From: a virus
Lineage: Duplodnaviria > Caudoviricetes
IMG/VR virus record: IMGVR_UViG_3300038379_000958
Coordinates: 1 to 24,208 of that record
Strand: one strand, 5' to 3'
Length of the DNA: 24,208 nt
Under the pieces are notes generated by a model, which searched no databases, was not told the origin of the DNA, and saw only the letters and a program-made list of their open reading frames with translations. The translations under genes and the position numbers were made by a program. Positions 1 through 8,473 of the stretch are shown in pieces (within the stretch, counting starts at the first letter, position 1; every line of letters begins with the position of its first letter).

Positions 1-2
1 CT

Positions 3-452
3 GATTTTCAGGATACCCAGCTCCGGGGAAAGAATTTCCGTGGTGCCAGGCTTCAGGATACGAATTTCTGTGACGCCGATCTTCGGGACGCCGATCTTCG
101 CGACACCCGGCTCCGGCATGCGAAACTCCGGGACGCCGACCTTAGGGGCGCCAATCTTCGGGGCGCATATCTCGAAACCGCCAATCTTCGGGGCGCCCGT
201 TTGGATGGGGCGATAATGCCGGACGGCCGTGTCTGGGAGGAATACCGGAAGGACCCGCTCAAGGGTATCTGTCGGACGCCCGAGGCCCGGAAACGGGCCA
301 TCAAGGCTTGGGGCCTTCATTCTTGGCATTCATGCCCCATGCGCATGGCGAACGGCTACTGCGACTATAATGACGTGCCTGAAGAAGATCGCATTTTGGT
401 GGAGGCTTTCGTGGCCATCTATGATGCATGGCTTCTGGATAAACCGGAATGA
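3..452 (+). CDS. Pentapeptide-repeat protein (5' truncated by the window edge)
   Basis: The frame of ORF 201..452 is open back to base 3: DFQDTQLRGKNFRGARLQDTNFCDADLRDADLRDTRLRHAKLRDADLRGANLRGAYLETANLRGARLDGAIMPDG, i.e. A(D/N)LxG-type repeats ending in the usual MPDG cap, followed by a small C-terminal domain. Confidence 0.9.
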   Translation, partial: DFQDTQLRGKNFRGARLQDTNFCDADLRDADLRDTRLRHAKLRDADLRGANLRGAYLETANLRGARLDGAIMPDGRVWEEYRKDPLKGICRTPEARKRAIKAWGLHSWHSCPMRMANGYCDYNDVPEEDRILVEAFVAIYDAWLLDKPE

Positions 453-1225
453 GCGGGAGAAACGGAAAAATTGTCGCCTATACGCTGGAGGTACGTACCT
501 CCGGCGCGTGGGAACGCGCGAGGTGTCCCGGAGTGCGCGTGTATCAGAGTGTCGGCGTCGCGGCAACAGGCTTCATGACTGGCAAGCTCGCGGCGCAAGC
601 CGGTGCGCTCGCCTTGAAGGGCCGCGAATGGCGTGTTGTGCCGCTGCGGGGCCATTGGTGGGTTATTACTCCAATCGGGCAGATGAATGTGGAAGAATAT
701 TTTGGAGGCGGAAAAGAGTTTCGGGAATTGGTGGAAAAGCGGGACAATCCGGTCGTGGTGGAATTCGCGCGCACGCCCGATGATATAGAGGCCGTGTACA
801 CTTGGGGAAAACCCACCATTAATGGTCGGCATTTTCCCACGTCATGCATGTCCTATGGTCCGGAACACTTTGAAAGTGGGATTCATCCGGTCCGGGTTTA
901 TGGGGCGGGGGATTTGGCGGTCGCATTCATTCACAATTCCACCAAGGAACGCATCGTTGCGCGATGCCTTTGTTGGCCCGAACGCTTGAGGCACGGAATC
1001 ATTTACGGCGCGGATTTGCCATTGCGCCACATGCTTGAAGCCCTGGGATACACACGGGGCAGCATGCGTGGTGCCCGGCTTCTCAAGATTCCGTACGACG
1101 GCGGGTTTGTCATGCCGTACATCGATGACCTCTCGGTGTCGGATGATGGGGGGTTTTTCCGTATTGGTGGGAGGATACCCGCCGATGAACATAACGGTTT
1201 GCTTTTTCCGGGGGTGACCACATGA
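449..1225 (+). CDS. Phage protein of unknown function (SCM...ARCLCW...IYG...PYID motifs)
   Basis: 258-aa ORF with ATGA overlaps to both neighbours. The motif pattern resembles an uncharacterised phage family I recall next to M28 peptidases. Confidence 0.75.
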   Translation: MSGRNGKIVAYTLEVRTSGAWERARCPGVRVYQSVGVAATGFMTGKLAAQAGALALKGREWRVVPLRGHWWVITPIGQMNVEEYFGGGKEFRELVEKRDNPVVVEFARTPDDIEAVYTWGKPTINGRHFPTSCMSYGPEHFESGIHPVRVYGAGDLAVAFIHNSTKERIVARCLCWPERLRHGIIYGADLPLRHMLEALGYTRGSMRGARLLKIPYDGGFVMPYIDDLSVSDDGGFFRIGGRIPADEHNGLLFPGVTT

Positions 1226-1974
1226 AAGAGGAACTTTTCGAGATTCTGTCAACAAAAAGACCGGCGCGGTCGCGGGAAGAACGGCGCGTCGTGTTGACCT
1301 ATGTGGCCAGTTTGCCCGGATCGTGCCGCGACGCGTACGGAAACTACACCGTGCGTGTCGGGCAAAAGCCGCGAATCGCTTTTTCTTGTCACACCGACAC
1401 GGTGCATGACAAGGGTGGAAAACAGCGCATCATCAAAGGCGATGTCGTTTCCCTGGCCAGGGTCTCCAAATCGACTTGTCTGGGAGCGGACGATGGCGCG
1501 GGTCTCTGGTTGATGCGGCAGATGATCATATGCCGGGTTCCCGGCCTGTACATTTTTCACCGGGACGAGGAGCATGGCTGCCTGGGCTCACGGTGGATCG
1601 TGGAGAACGAGCCGGAAACGGTCAGCGGTATCGAGGCGATGATCTCGTTTGATCGCCACGGATTAAACTCAATAGTGACACATCAGTGCAATCTCAGAAC
1701 GGCGAGCGACGCTTTCGCGGGGTCCCTGTCGGCGGAAATGGCGCGCAACGGCATGCCCGGTTATCGGGCCGATGACACGGGTGGGCCGTCGGATTCCCAC
1801 GAATATACCAGCTTGGTGCCGGAATGCACCAACATAAGCGCGGGCTACCGGAACCACCATACGCCGGAAGAAACGCAAAACATACCACACCTTTTCCGGC
1901 TTCTCCGCTGCATGGTTGGGGTGGATTGGTCTTCGGTGATCATCCGTACGAAGGAACCGGCCCGGAATCCCTGA
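1222..1974 (+). CDS. M28/M20-clan zinc exopeptidase
   Basis: Metal-ligand motifs CHTDTVH, LGADDGAG, DEE, SFDR and C-terminal YRNHHT. Confidence 0.88.
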   Translation: MKEELFEILSTKRPARSREERRVVLTYVASLPGSCRDAYGNYTVRVGQKPRIAFSCHTDTVHDKGGKQRIIKGDVVSLARVSKSTCLGADDGAGLWLMRQMIICRVPGLYIFHRDEEHGCLGSRWIVENEPETVSGIEAMISFDRHGLNSIVTHQCNLRTASDAFAGSLSAEMARNGMPGYRADDTGGPSDSHEYTSLVPECTNISAGYRNHHTPEETQNIPHLFRLLRCMVGVDWSSVIIRTKEPARNP

Positions 1975-3826
1975 CCCGGCGGAAAAGACTGGCGGCCTCA
2001 TCCTCGCCTTTTTTGGTGAGGCGCCAAGTGTTCCGGAATTTCACGGCCAGCTTGTCCTTCATGAGCGCTCGGAATATGCGGTGTGCCTTCGTGGCGTTTG
2101 GCTCGCCGTTGCCTAGGGTCCATCCCAGCTTTGCCGCCATCGCGGAAAGGGTCTCGCCGGGCATTCCGGCGGCGGTCACCATGAGATCGTTGCGGGCGCG
2201 CTGCATTTCTTCTTCCCGGTGTACCAGTTCTTTTGGGGTCATCGCGCTTGCGACCACGGTGTAGATTTGCCGATTGTACGTGTCCCTTAGCCGGTCTGCC
2301 GTGACCGCCAGCAGCTCGAACGATAGCGGCTCGAATTCGGGGCCGCGAAATTTTCCCTGCCAATGCACCGTTGCGATCCGGGTCAACCGGTCGTACACGG
2401 AAGTCAGATTGCCGTCCATTTCCGCGATGAACGAACCGCCCCCGCGCGGCAACAGGTTGTCCTCGCCAGCGTTCTTCACCGGATGGCACGCAGCCACCAC
2501 TGATGGATTCCCAGGTATCGCGGTAAGGGCGCGGAGAAAATGCGCGTGGTCTCGCATTTCTATGTTGCTGTTTTCTTCGGAGCCCTCGAAATATGCGGCG
2601 CTTGTGTCCACCACGACGAGCGCGAATCCGCCTAACTTCTCCGCTTCTTTGCGAATGCGCTCGCTCATTCCCGCGAGGCTGAATCGACCCGGAATGAAAT
2701 ATACGTTCGTCGTTTCCGGATCGAAACCCATTCTGTCCGCCATGGCCATCCATCGCATCCGGATTTCATCCGGATTTTCGCCCGCGAAATAGGCGACGCG
2801 CCCGGTTTCCACTGGTCCCCCTCCGAATGGAAGGCCCAATGCCACGTTTGCCGCGAGAAGAAGCAGGATCGCGGTCTTGCCTCCGCCGGTCTGTGCGGTG
2901 AGGGAATACAAGAAACCGCGCTGCAAAATCGGGTAGAGAAGGTAGTCGGGAGGCCTGAATTCGCGAACGAATTCTCCACTGGAAACGAAAAGTGTCGGGG
3001 CGTCTTCCCCGAATGTTTCCCTGGATGCCAACGCTCCTGCGTCGTTCTGGGCATACTCGTACGCATTCCGCGCCTTGAGCGCGATCCAATCGGGCGTGAA
3101 AACCCCGACGCAGTGGGGTACGTATTCGTTTATCACAAGCCCGATGGCCGTTTCTTCCGATATGCCGAGATCGCGCATCAGGCAGAATGTCGCGAACATG
3201 TTTGCGTCGCTGCCGCTGCCCTCTATGGCGGCCTTGCCCGCCGCGACAAGATTCCGCAACGCGGTTTTGGCTGCGTCCATGTTGCACGCAAGGTCCAACG
3301 TGATCGGGGATGCAACGGTTTTCGGTTCTCGCACCGTTCCGGCCAAGGCGGTTAGCCAGTCCGGTGCTTCGGCCGCGTCTTCCATGCCGACGCCATTGGA
3401 GGAATATTCCGTGCCGTTCACGACGGATGGCGGCAGAAGAACGTATCCTCCTTGGCCACGGATATCGAGGTTCTTTCCCATTCGGCCCACGCTCGAAGGA
3501 AGCGAGCCCCTGAACCAAAGATGCCGCCCGCCGCGCGGCGTGCGCACCTCATACGTGTCCGGAAGCGCGCCATGCGTGGCGATCAGTTCCCGGAAGGACG
3601 CCTCCCCCGCCTCCCCATCTATATCGAGAACAAAACATCCCGCGTCATGCGGACTTGCCCCGATATTGTATTCGGGGTTTTCGGACCACCATGCGTCGAT
3701 TTGCGCGGCGTCCCGCGTCGCAACCTTAAAACCGTTCGCCGTGGCGGGCTTCTTGCCGTTTTGCACGCATGGAAAAACGGGAATTCGCGCTGCCCATTGA
3801 CGGGCGCGCTGGCCCAATGTATGCAT
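1940..3826 (-). CDS. Bifunctional primase-polymerase (Prim-Pol) fused to AAA_25/RepA-like helicase
   Basis: N-terminal PVFPC..KKP, VLDID, TPRGGRHLWF, DIRGQGGYVLLPPS. C-terminal Walker A AQTGGGKT, Walker B VVVDT, RGGGS. Start placed at ATG 3826 (GGGAGA upstream); 3838 is an alternative. Confidence 0.88.
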   Translation of the reverse strand: MHTLGQRARQWAARIPVFPCVQNGKKPATANGFKVATRDAAQIDAWWSENPEYNIGASPHDAGCFVLDIDGEAGEASFRELIATHGALPDTYEVRTPRGGRHLWFRGSLPSSVGRMGKNLDIRGQGGYVLLPPSVVNGTEYSSNGVGMEDAAEAPDWLTALAGTVREPKTVASPITLDLACNMDAAKTALRNLVAAGKAAIEGSGSDANMFATFCLMRDLGISEETAIGLVINEYVPHCVGVFTPDWIALKARNAYEYAQNDAGALASRETFGEDAPTLFVSSGEFVREFRPPDYLLYPILQRGFLYSLTAQTGGGKTAILLLLAANVALGLPFGGGPVETGRVAYFAGENPDEIRMRWMAMADRMGFDPETTNVYFIPGRFSLAGMSERIRKEAEKLGGFALVVVDTSAAYFEGSEENSNIEMRDHAHFLRALTAIPGNPSVVAACHPVKNAGEDNLLPRGGGSFIAEMDGNLTSVYDRLTRIATVHWQGKFRGPEFEPLSFELLAVTADRLRDTYNRQIYTVVASAMTPKELVHREEEMQRARNDLMVTAAGMPGETLSAMAAKLGWTLGNGEPNATKAHRIFRALMKDKLAVKFRNTWRLTKKGEDEAASLFRRVRDSGPVPSYG

Positions 3827-3848
3827 GATTTCTCCCATACCTTTTTCC

Positions 3849-3877
3849 TGGTTAGCATGGGTGTATTGGATTTTCAA
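3849..3877 (-). promoter_or_regulatory. Candidate sigma70-type promoter for primase-helicase
   Basis: Minus strand TTGAAA-17 nt-TAACCA, with TG one base upstream of the -10 (TGcTAACCA), in the divergent intergenic gap. Confidence 0.4.
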
Positions 3878-3894
3878 GACGGGGACAAGAGCAA

Positions 3895-4236
3895 ATGATA
3901 GCAGTAACGCCAAATCTCATGAGCATGCTTTATAGCGCGCTCAGGGCCACCCCGCCATTTTGCCGGTGGAAATTGCCCCCCGCGTCGGAACTGATTTTCA
4001 AGGTCAGCCGCTCGGTCAATGAACTTGGCACGCATGAGTTTACCGAAGGAACACACATAATCGAGTTGTCAGCCAACAAAAATTCGACGCTGCAAACCAT
4101 GATCGAGACGATGGCGCACGAAATGGTGCATGTAAGAGAGTATCAGCTGTATCGAAAAACCGCGCACGGCAGGCGGTTCCAGAAGTTGGCAGAGGCTGTT
4201 TGCAAGATACATGGGTTTGACCCGAAAGCATTTTAA
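3895..4236 (+). CDS. SprT-like zinc metalloprotease
   Basis: AHEMVH (HExxH) followed by HGRRF, the SprT-type third-ligand motif; 113 aa. Confidence 0.8.
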   Translation: MIAVTPNLMSMLYSALRATPPFCRWKLPPASELIFKVSRSVNELGTHEFTEGTHIIELSANKNSTLQTMIETMAHEMVHVREYQLYRKTAHGRRFQKLAEAVCKIHGFDPKAF

Positions 4237-4256
4237 CCACGGGCGGTCTTTCCCGG

Positions 4257-4284
4257 TTGTCCCGGCGCCAAACCGTGATACGAT
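4257..4284 (+). promoter_or_regulatory. Candidate sigma70-type promoter for the replication operon
   Basis: TTGTCC-16 nt-TACGAT with extended -10 (TGaTACGAT) in the 57-bp gap before the HD gene. Confidence 0.5.
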
Positions 4285-4293
4285 GGGGAGCAA

Positions 4294-4869
4294 ATGGAGC
4301 GAAGAATGGGAGAGCGTCATCCGGCGAGTTGGATATTGACGTACGTCGGACAACAATTTTGGCCGCTTGATCCGCGCCCGGAAGATATTAAACTCGAAGA
4401 CATCGCCCATGCACTGTCAATGAAGTGCCGGTTCACCGGGCATTGTATGCGTTTCTATTCCGTGGCGGAGCATTGCGTCGCGGCGTCGCATTTGGTGCCG
4501 GAAAAGTATGCGGCGCAAGCGCTGTTTCACGACGCGGCAGAGGCGTATCTGCCCGACGTGGCAAGCCCGATCAAGTCTGCCATGTATTGTGTGGACGGCG
4601 AGGTTCTGTCTTTTCGCGAGGTTGAGGCTCGGTTGGAAAGGGCGATTGCCGCGCGTTTTAATTTAACGTTTCCATGGGCGCCGGAAATAAAAGAAGTGGA
4701 TCGCCGCCTCCTTGTGTCCGAGTTGGGCAAGAACATGGCGCAGACCGGGCTGACGTGGCCCGATTTGGAAAATGTGGAGCCGTACCCCGATCTGATGTTA
4801 AATTTTTTCTTACCCCATGGCGCGGAACAGGCGTTCATCGCCCGGGCACGCCAGCTTGGCATCACATGA
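4294..4869 (+). CDS. HD-domain phosphohydrolase (YfbR/YfdR-like 5'-deoxynucleotidase family)
   Basis: DIAHALS..CRFTGH, YSVAEH, LFHDAAEAYLPD. Start may be 4306 (GGAG upstream). Confidence 0.88.
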   Translation: MERRMGERHPASWILTYVGQQFWPLDPRPEDIKLEDIAHALSMKCRFTGHCMRFYSVAEHCVAASHLVPEKYAAQALFHDAAEAYLPDVASPIKSAMYCVDGEVLSFREVEARLERAIAARFNLTFPWAPEIKEVDRRLLVSELGKNMAQTGLTWPDLENVEPYPDLMLNFFLPHGAEQAFIARARQLGIT

Positions 4870-6503
4870 TTCTCGATTTTTCCGAAGCTAGCGGATTGTT
4901 CACACTGGATAGGGCGCCGGAGGGCCCGTCCAACACGGAGCTTATGCGCGATTACGGCATGAATATAGGGAAGAACGTTGCGTACTGTAACGATCCCTAT
5001 ACCGCCGCGCCATTTCATGGGTATGCAACCCCCAGTGCGGCAGAAAAACTTAAGCATATCGTGGCGGCGTACAAGGCGAGCAGCGCGATAAGCAGTGACG
5101 CGCACATTGCGTGCCCGCCGGATAAAGAGCTGGCCCCGTACCAGAAGGCCAGCGTCGAATACCTGCTGGCGCGCGGGGGTGGACTGTCTGCCGACGAGCC
5201 CGGCCTCGGCAAGACCATGGAGGCGATTTGTTTTGCGAACGAGATCAAGGCCAGGCGCGTTCTTGTGATCTGTCCGGCCAGCATCCGGCTGCAATGGGTT
5301 GACCGCGTTCGGGAGTGGTCAACAATGACCTATCCGTTCATGGTGTATCCTGTTCTCGATAGCAAACGCGGCGTGCACCCTAACGCGGAGTGGACCGTCG
5401 TGTCCTACAATCTCGCACGTTCGCCTGGAATCGGGCGGGCGCTTGCCCATGGAACTTACGATCTTCTGGTGCTCGACGAGGCGCACGCCCTCAAGACGCC
5501 GGACACGGCTCGCACAAGAGCGATTTTCGGGGATTTTGCCACGGGCACTTACCACACACCTAAAAGCAAGGAAAAACTGTTCGATGCCTTGGCCACCAAA
5601 TGCGGCGCCGTGCTCGCGCTCACCGGTACGCCGCTTCCCAATAGGCCAAAAGAAGCTTATGTTCTTGGCCGGAACATATGCTGGGATGCATTCGATTTCA
5701 TGTCCCAGGATGCGTTCGAACGTAGGTTCAATCCATCCATTCGCCAGATTGGCGTGCGAAAAGATGGAACGCGGTATCAGTACACAGATGAGCGCGTTGG
5801 GCGGCGCGCCGAATTGCAATTCCGCATGCGCGCGAATTTCATGGCGCGGCATTTGAAACGCGACGTACTGACGCAGTTGAAATTGCCACAGTATGACATT
5901 GTACGTGTCGTCGAAACCGGCCCGGTACGAGACGCCTTGGCGGCGGAAAGCCTGCTCGGCATCGATCCGGACAATTTCGATCCGCACGACGTGAAAATTC
6001 TTGGCCATATAGCGCAGGTCCGGCATCAAATGGGGCTTGCAATCGCCCCGCAGGTGGCCGACTACGTAGATATGCTCATGGACGGCGGGGAAACCAAGCT
6101 CGTTGTGTTCGCGTGGCACAAGGACGTGCTTGACCTGTTTCAGCACCGGTTTGAGAAATATGGCGTCGTTCGTATCGACGGTAGCACCGATGCGAAGGGG
6201 CGCGAGTTTGCCAAGACGGCGTTTGTTCACGGCGAAGCACAAATAATAATCGGTAACACTTTGTCGCTTGGAACCGGCGTAGACGAGCTTCAGCATGTGT
6301 CGGCCAGGGCGATTTTGGCGGAGCCTGATTGGGTGCCGGGGAACAACGTGCAGGCGGTTGACCGGCTTGATCGGTTTGGTCAACAGCGCACCGTTCAAGC
6401 CGATCTTTTCGTGGCGCCAAAGAGCGTGCTGGAAAAAGTTCTTGCATCCGCGCTGAGAAAGGCGCATAATGTACATGAAGCGTTAGATGGGAGCATCAGA
6501 TGA
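4866..6503 (+). CDS. SNF2-family (SF2) helicase
   Basis: ADEPGLGKT, VICPAS, LDEAH, LTGTP, QAVDRLDRFGQ. Start at ATG 4866 overlaps the HD stop (ATGA). Confidence 0.92.
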   Translation: MILDFSEASGLFTLDRAPEGPSNTELMRDYGMNIGKNVAYCNDPYTAAPFHGYATPSAAEKLKHIVAAYKASSAISSDAHIACPPDKELAPYQKASVEYLLARGGGLSADEPGLGKTMEAICFANEIKARRVLVICPASIRLQWVDRVREWSTMTYPFMVYPVLDSKRGVHPNAEWTVVSYNLARSPGIGRALAHGTYDLLVLDEAHALKTPDTARTRAIFGDFATGTYHTPKSKEKLFDALATKCGAVLALTGTPLPNRPKEAYVLGRNICWDAFDFMSQDAFERRFNPSIRQIGVRKDGTRYQYTDERVGRRAELQFRMRANFMARHLKRDVLTQLKLPQYDIVRVVETGPVRDALAAESLLGIDPDNFDPHDVKILGHIAQVRHQMGLAIAPQVADYVDMLMDGGETKLVVFAWHKDVLDLFQHRFEKYGVVRIDGSTDAKGREFAKTAFVHGEAQIIIGNTLSLGTGVDELQHVSARAILAEPDWVPGNNVQAVDRLDRFGQQRTVQADLFVAPKSVLEKVLASALRKAHNVHEALDGSIR

Positions 6504-7048
6504 GCATCGTATCCGGTACCGTCTCAGTCGAGAACGGAGTTAAAGGGGCGGGGGATTATGTCCCGGCCAAGAAGGTCCGTGTTGAACTGTCTTTTGCGGT
6601 AGCAGAAGGAGAGGATGGAATTTCCATTCTTGATCGCATTGCCGGGCAGGCGGAGGCCAAGGTTGCGCAAATGCTTGGCCTCAAAACCGAGGTAGTCAAA
6701 ACGGTTGAAACGGAGGTTCAGCTCGAATTGGGGCTTACGCCCAAACCGGCGCCCAAGCCCACACCGGAGCCCAGGTTCACAGCGGCGCCCAAGCTCGCAC
6801 CGGAGCCCAAGCCTACACCGGCGCCCAAGCCCAAAACAGCGGATGACCCCATTTCTGACCACGATTTGGTCAAAAGTATTTCCCAGCGAAACGCGGTAAT
6901 CAACAATCCGGCGGGGATCACGGAATTGATCATGAAATACACGGAGCAATTTCCACGCGAGCAACGAGTCGCTCGTAATATTCCGAGGATTCATCGCCAG
7001 TCGTTTCTTGATGAGCTCAAAAACCTTACCGCGACGGGGAAGAAATGA
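6500..7048 (+). CDS. Hypothetical protein with Pro/Lys-rich repeat linker
   Basis: 182 aa, ATGA-coupled on both sides, central PAPKPT-type repeats. Confidence 0.75.
   Translation: MSIVSGTVSVENGVKGAGDYVPAKKVRVELSFAVAEGEDGISILDRIAGQAEAKVAQMLGLKTEVVKTVETEVQLELGLTPKPAPKPTPEPRFTAAPKLAPEPKPTPAPKPKTADDPISDHDLVKSISQRNAVINNPAGITELIMKYTEQFPREQRVARNIPRIHRQSFLDELKNLTATGKK
6746..6835 (+). repeat. Five imperfect 18-bp coding tandem repeats
   Basis: ccggcgcccaagcccaca / ccggagcccaggttcaca / gcggcgcccaagctcgca / ccggagcccaagcctaca / ccggcgcccaagcccaaa. Confidence 0.9.
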
Positions 7049-7290
7049 CCCAAGCATTGAACGAAGAAGAAGTTAGAAAAGTCGCAGAAAAAATCGTTCT
7101 TTTGCTTGACGGCTTGCCAATGTCTATCGCATTGTCTGCGCTTGCATCTGTTGTGTCCGCGTCCATTTCTTCCTTGCCCGTTGAAATGAGGCGGTCCGTG
7201 ATTTACGACTGGACTACACTGGTTGTGGGAGCAATTGAACAGATGCCAATTATGGCGAAAAGGGAGCGCGGCGATGCAACCCTCCAATAG
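7045..7290 (+). CDS. Small hypothetical protein
   Basis: 81 aa, ATGA-coupled to the upstream gene, fills the gap in the operon. Confidence 0.65.
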   Translation: MTQALNEEEVRKVAEKIVLLLDGLPMSIALSALASVVSASISSLPVEMRRSVIYDWTTLVVGAIEQMPIMAKRERGDATLQ

Positions 7291-8473
7291 CTCGCATTCA
7301 CCCACTGGTGCATCAACCTTTGTGCGCTGGTCAAACTGCGGCGGCTACCTTAAGCTTGCCCGCGAGGCGAAGCCAAACGAGGACGAGCAACCCCTGTATC
7401 GGCAGCAGGGGACTGTAGCCCATAAAATCGCGGAGGAGTGCCTGCGTACCGGCAAAGAGGCGTGGGAATTCTCGGGCAAAACGATTGAAGGCTTGAAAAT
7501 CGGTGAGGGGGAAAACGATGATGTTTCGCCTTCGGACGTTCAGATTTATGTAGATGAATGCCGAACGTTCATGTCCAAAGATGTTCGGGTGTGGATCGAG
7601 GAACGGATCGGGGACGATCCGTTGACCAGGCCGCATCCGGGCTTTTACGGCACGGTTGATTTCGCGGTGCTTGGTCCGGACATCCTGCGTTTGCGCGACT
7701 TGAAGTTCGGGGAAGGGGTTGTCGTTGATGTCGAGAACAACGGGCAGCTCAAATATTACGCCTACGGTCTGCTTTTGAGTTTGCCGGAACTGCCGGACGA
7801 AATGGCGCTTGAGCTTGGCATCGTCCAGCCGCGAGCGCCGGGTGTTAAACCTGTGCGCACTTGGCTCACAACGGTGGGCGAGGTCAGGAAATGGGGCAAG
7901 GATGTACTGGTTCCTGCCATGTATAAGGCGGACGAGGATGCCACATTTGTCCCCGGGGAGTGGTGCCGTTTTTGTCCGGTGAAGCTGAGATGTCCGGCGT
8001 TGAAAGGCATGTTCCGTGCAGCGGCAATCGCGGCAACGGAAAAACCGGAAACGTTTACGGATGAGCAACTCGGTCAGGAATTCACTATGATTCCAATGAT
8101 CAAGATGTATTTGAAGGCCATCGAGGCCAGTACACTTTTTCGCGCCCTTGAAGGACGCCGGATTCCCGGCGTCAAGCTGGTCAAGAAAAAAGCCGACCGC
8201 GCTTGGAAAGACGGTGCGGAAGCGGCTTTAACGACCAAGTTTGGCGATTTGGCCATGGTTGCACCGAAGCTGAAGTCGCCCGCGCAAGTGGAGAAAATCT
8301 CCGATGCGGCGAAAGTTCTTGTTTCAGAATGGTCTTATACACCAGATACCGGACTCACCGTGGCGATTGAAACCGACCGCCGCGTGGGGCAGAACGTTCC
8401 GACGGCCGCCGAGACGTTCTCCGATTTCCTTAACAGCGGCCTGGAAAAGGATCGAAAAGATGAACACTCCTGA
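7274..8473 (+). CDS. DUF2800-like Cas4-related PD-(D/E)xK exonuclease
   Basis: HSPTGAS..RWSNC, GTVAH, GTVDF, DLKFG, QLKYYA, IVQPR, WCRFCPVKLRCP. ATG 7274 follows AGGGAG. Confidence 0.88.
   Translation: MQPSNSSHSPTGASTFVRWSNCGGYLKLAREAKPNEDEQPLYRQQGTVAHKIAEECLRTGKEAWEFSGKTIEGLKIGEGENDDVSPSDVQIYVDECRTFMSKDVRVWIEERIGDDPLTRPHPGFYGTVDFAVLGPDILRLRDLKFGEGVVVDVENNGQLKYYAYGLLLSLPELPDEMALELGIVQPRAPGVKPVRTWLTTVGEVRKWGKDVLVPAMYKADEDATFVPGEWCRFCPVKLRCPALKGMFRAAAIAATEKPETFTDEQLGQEFTMIPMIKMYLKAIEASTLFRALEGRRIPGVKLVKKKADRAWKDGAEAALTTKFGDLAMVAPKLKSPAQVEKISDAAKVLVSEWSYTPDTGLTVAIETDRRVGQNVPTAAETFSDFLNSGLEKDRKDEHS

Noticed and set aside
4674-4865. 64-codon N-terminal extension of the SNF2 ORF (also extensions at 7223, 8304, 11023, 11096, 12801, 3913, 14706)
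   Set aside because: These overlap neighbouring genes; downstream ATGs with ATGA coupling or a Shine-Dalgarno are better starts.
5319-6476. 385-aa minus-strand ORF and similar antisense ORFs across the replication arm
   Set aside because: They lie wholly opposite genes with clear catalytic motifs, and the translations are not protein-like.
7274-8473. Cas4-like nuclease as a sign of a CRISPR-Cas system
   Set aside because: No repeat-spacer array or other cas genes; this family is a normal part of the phage nuclease-SSB-PolA block.
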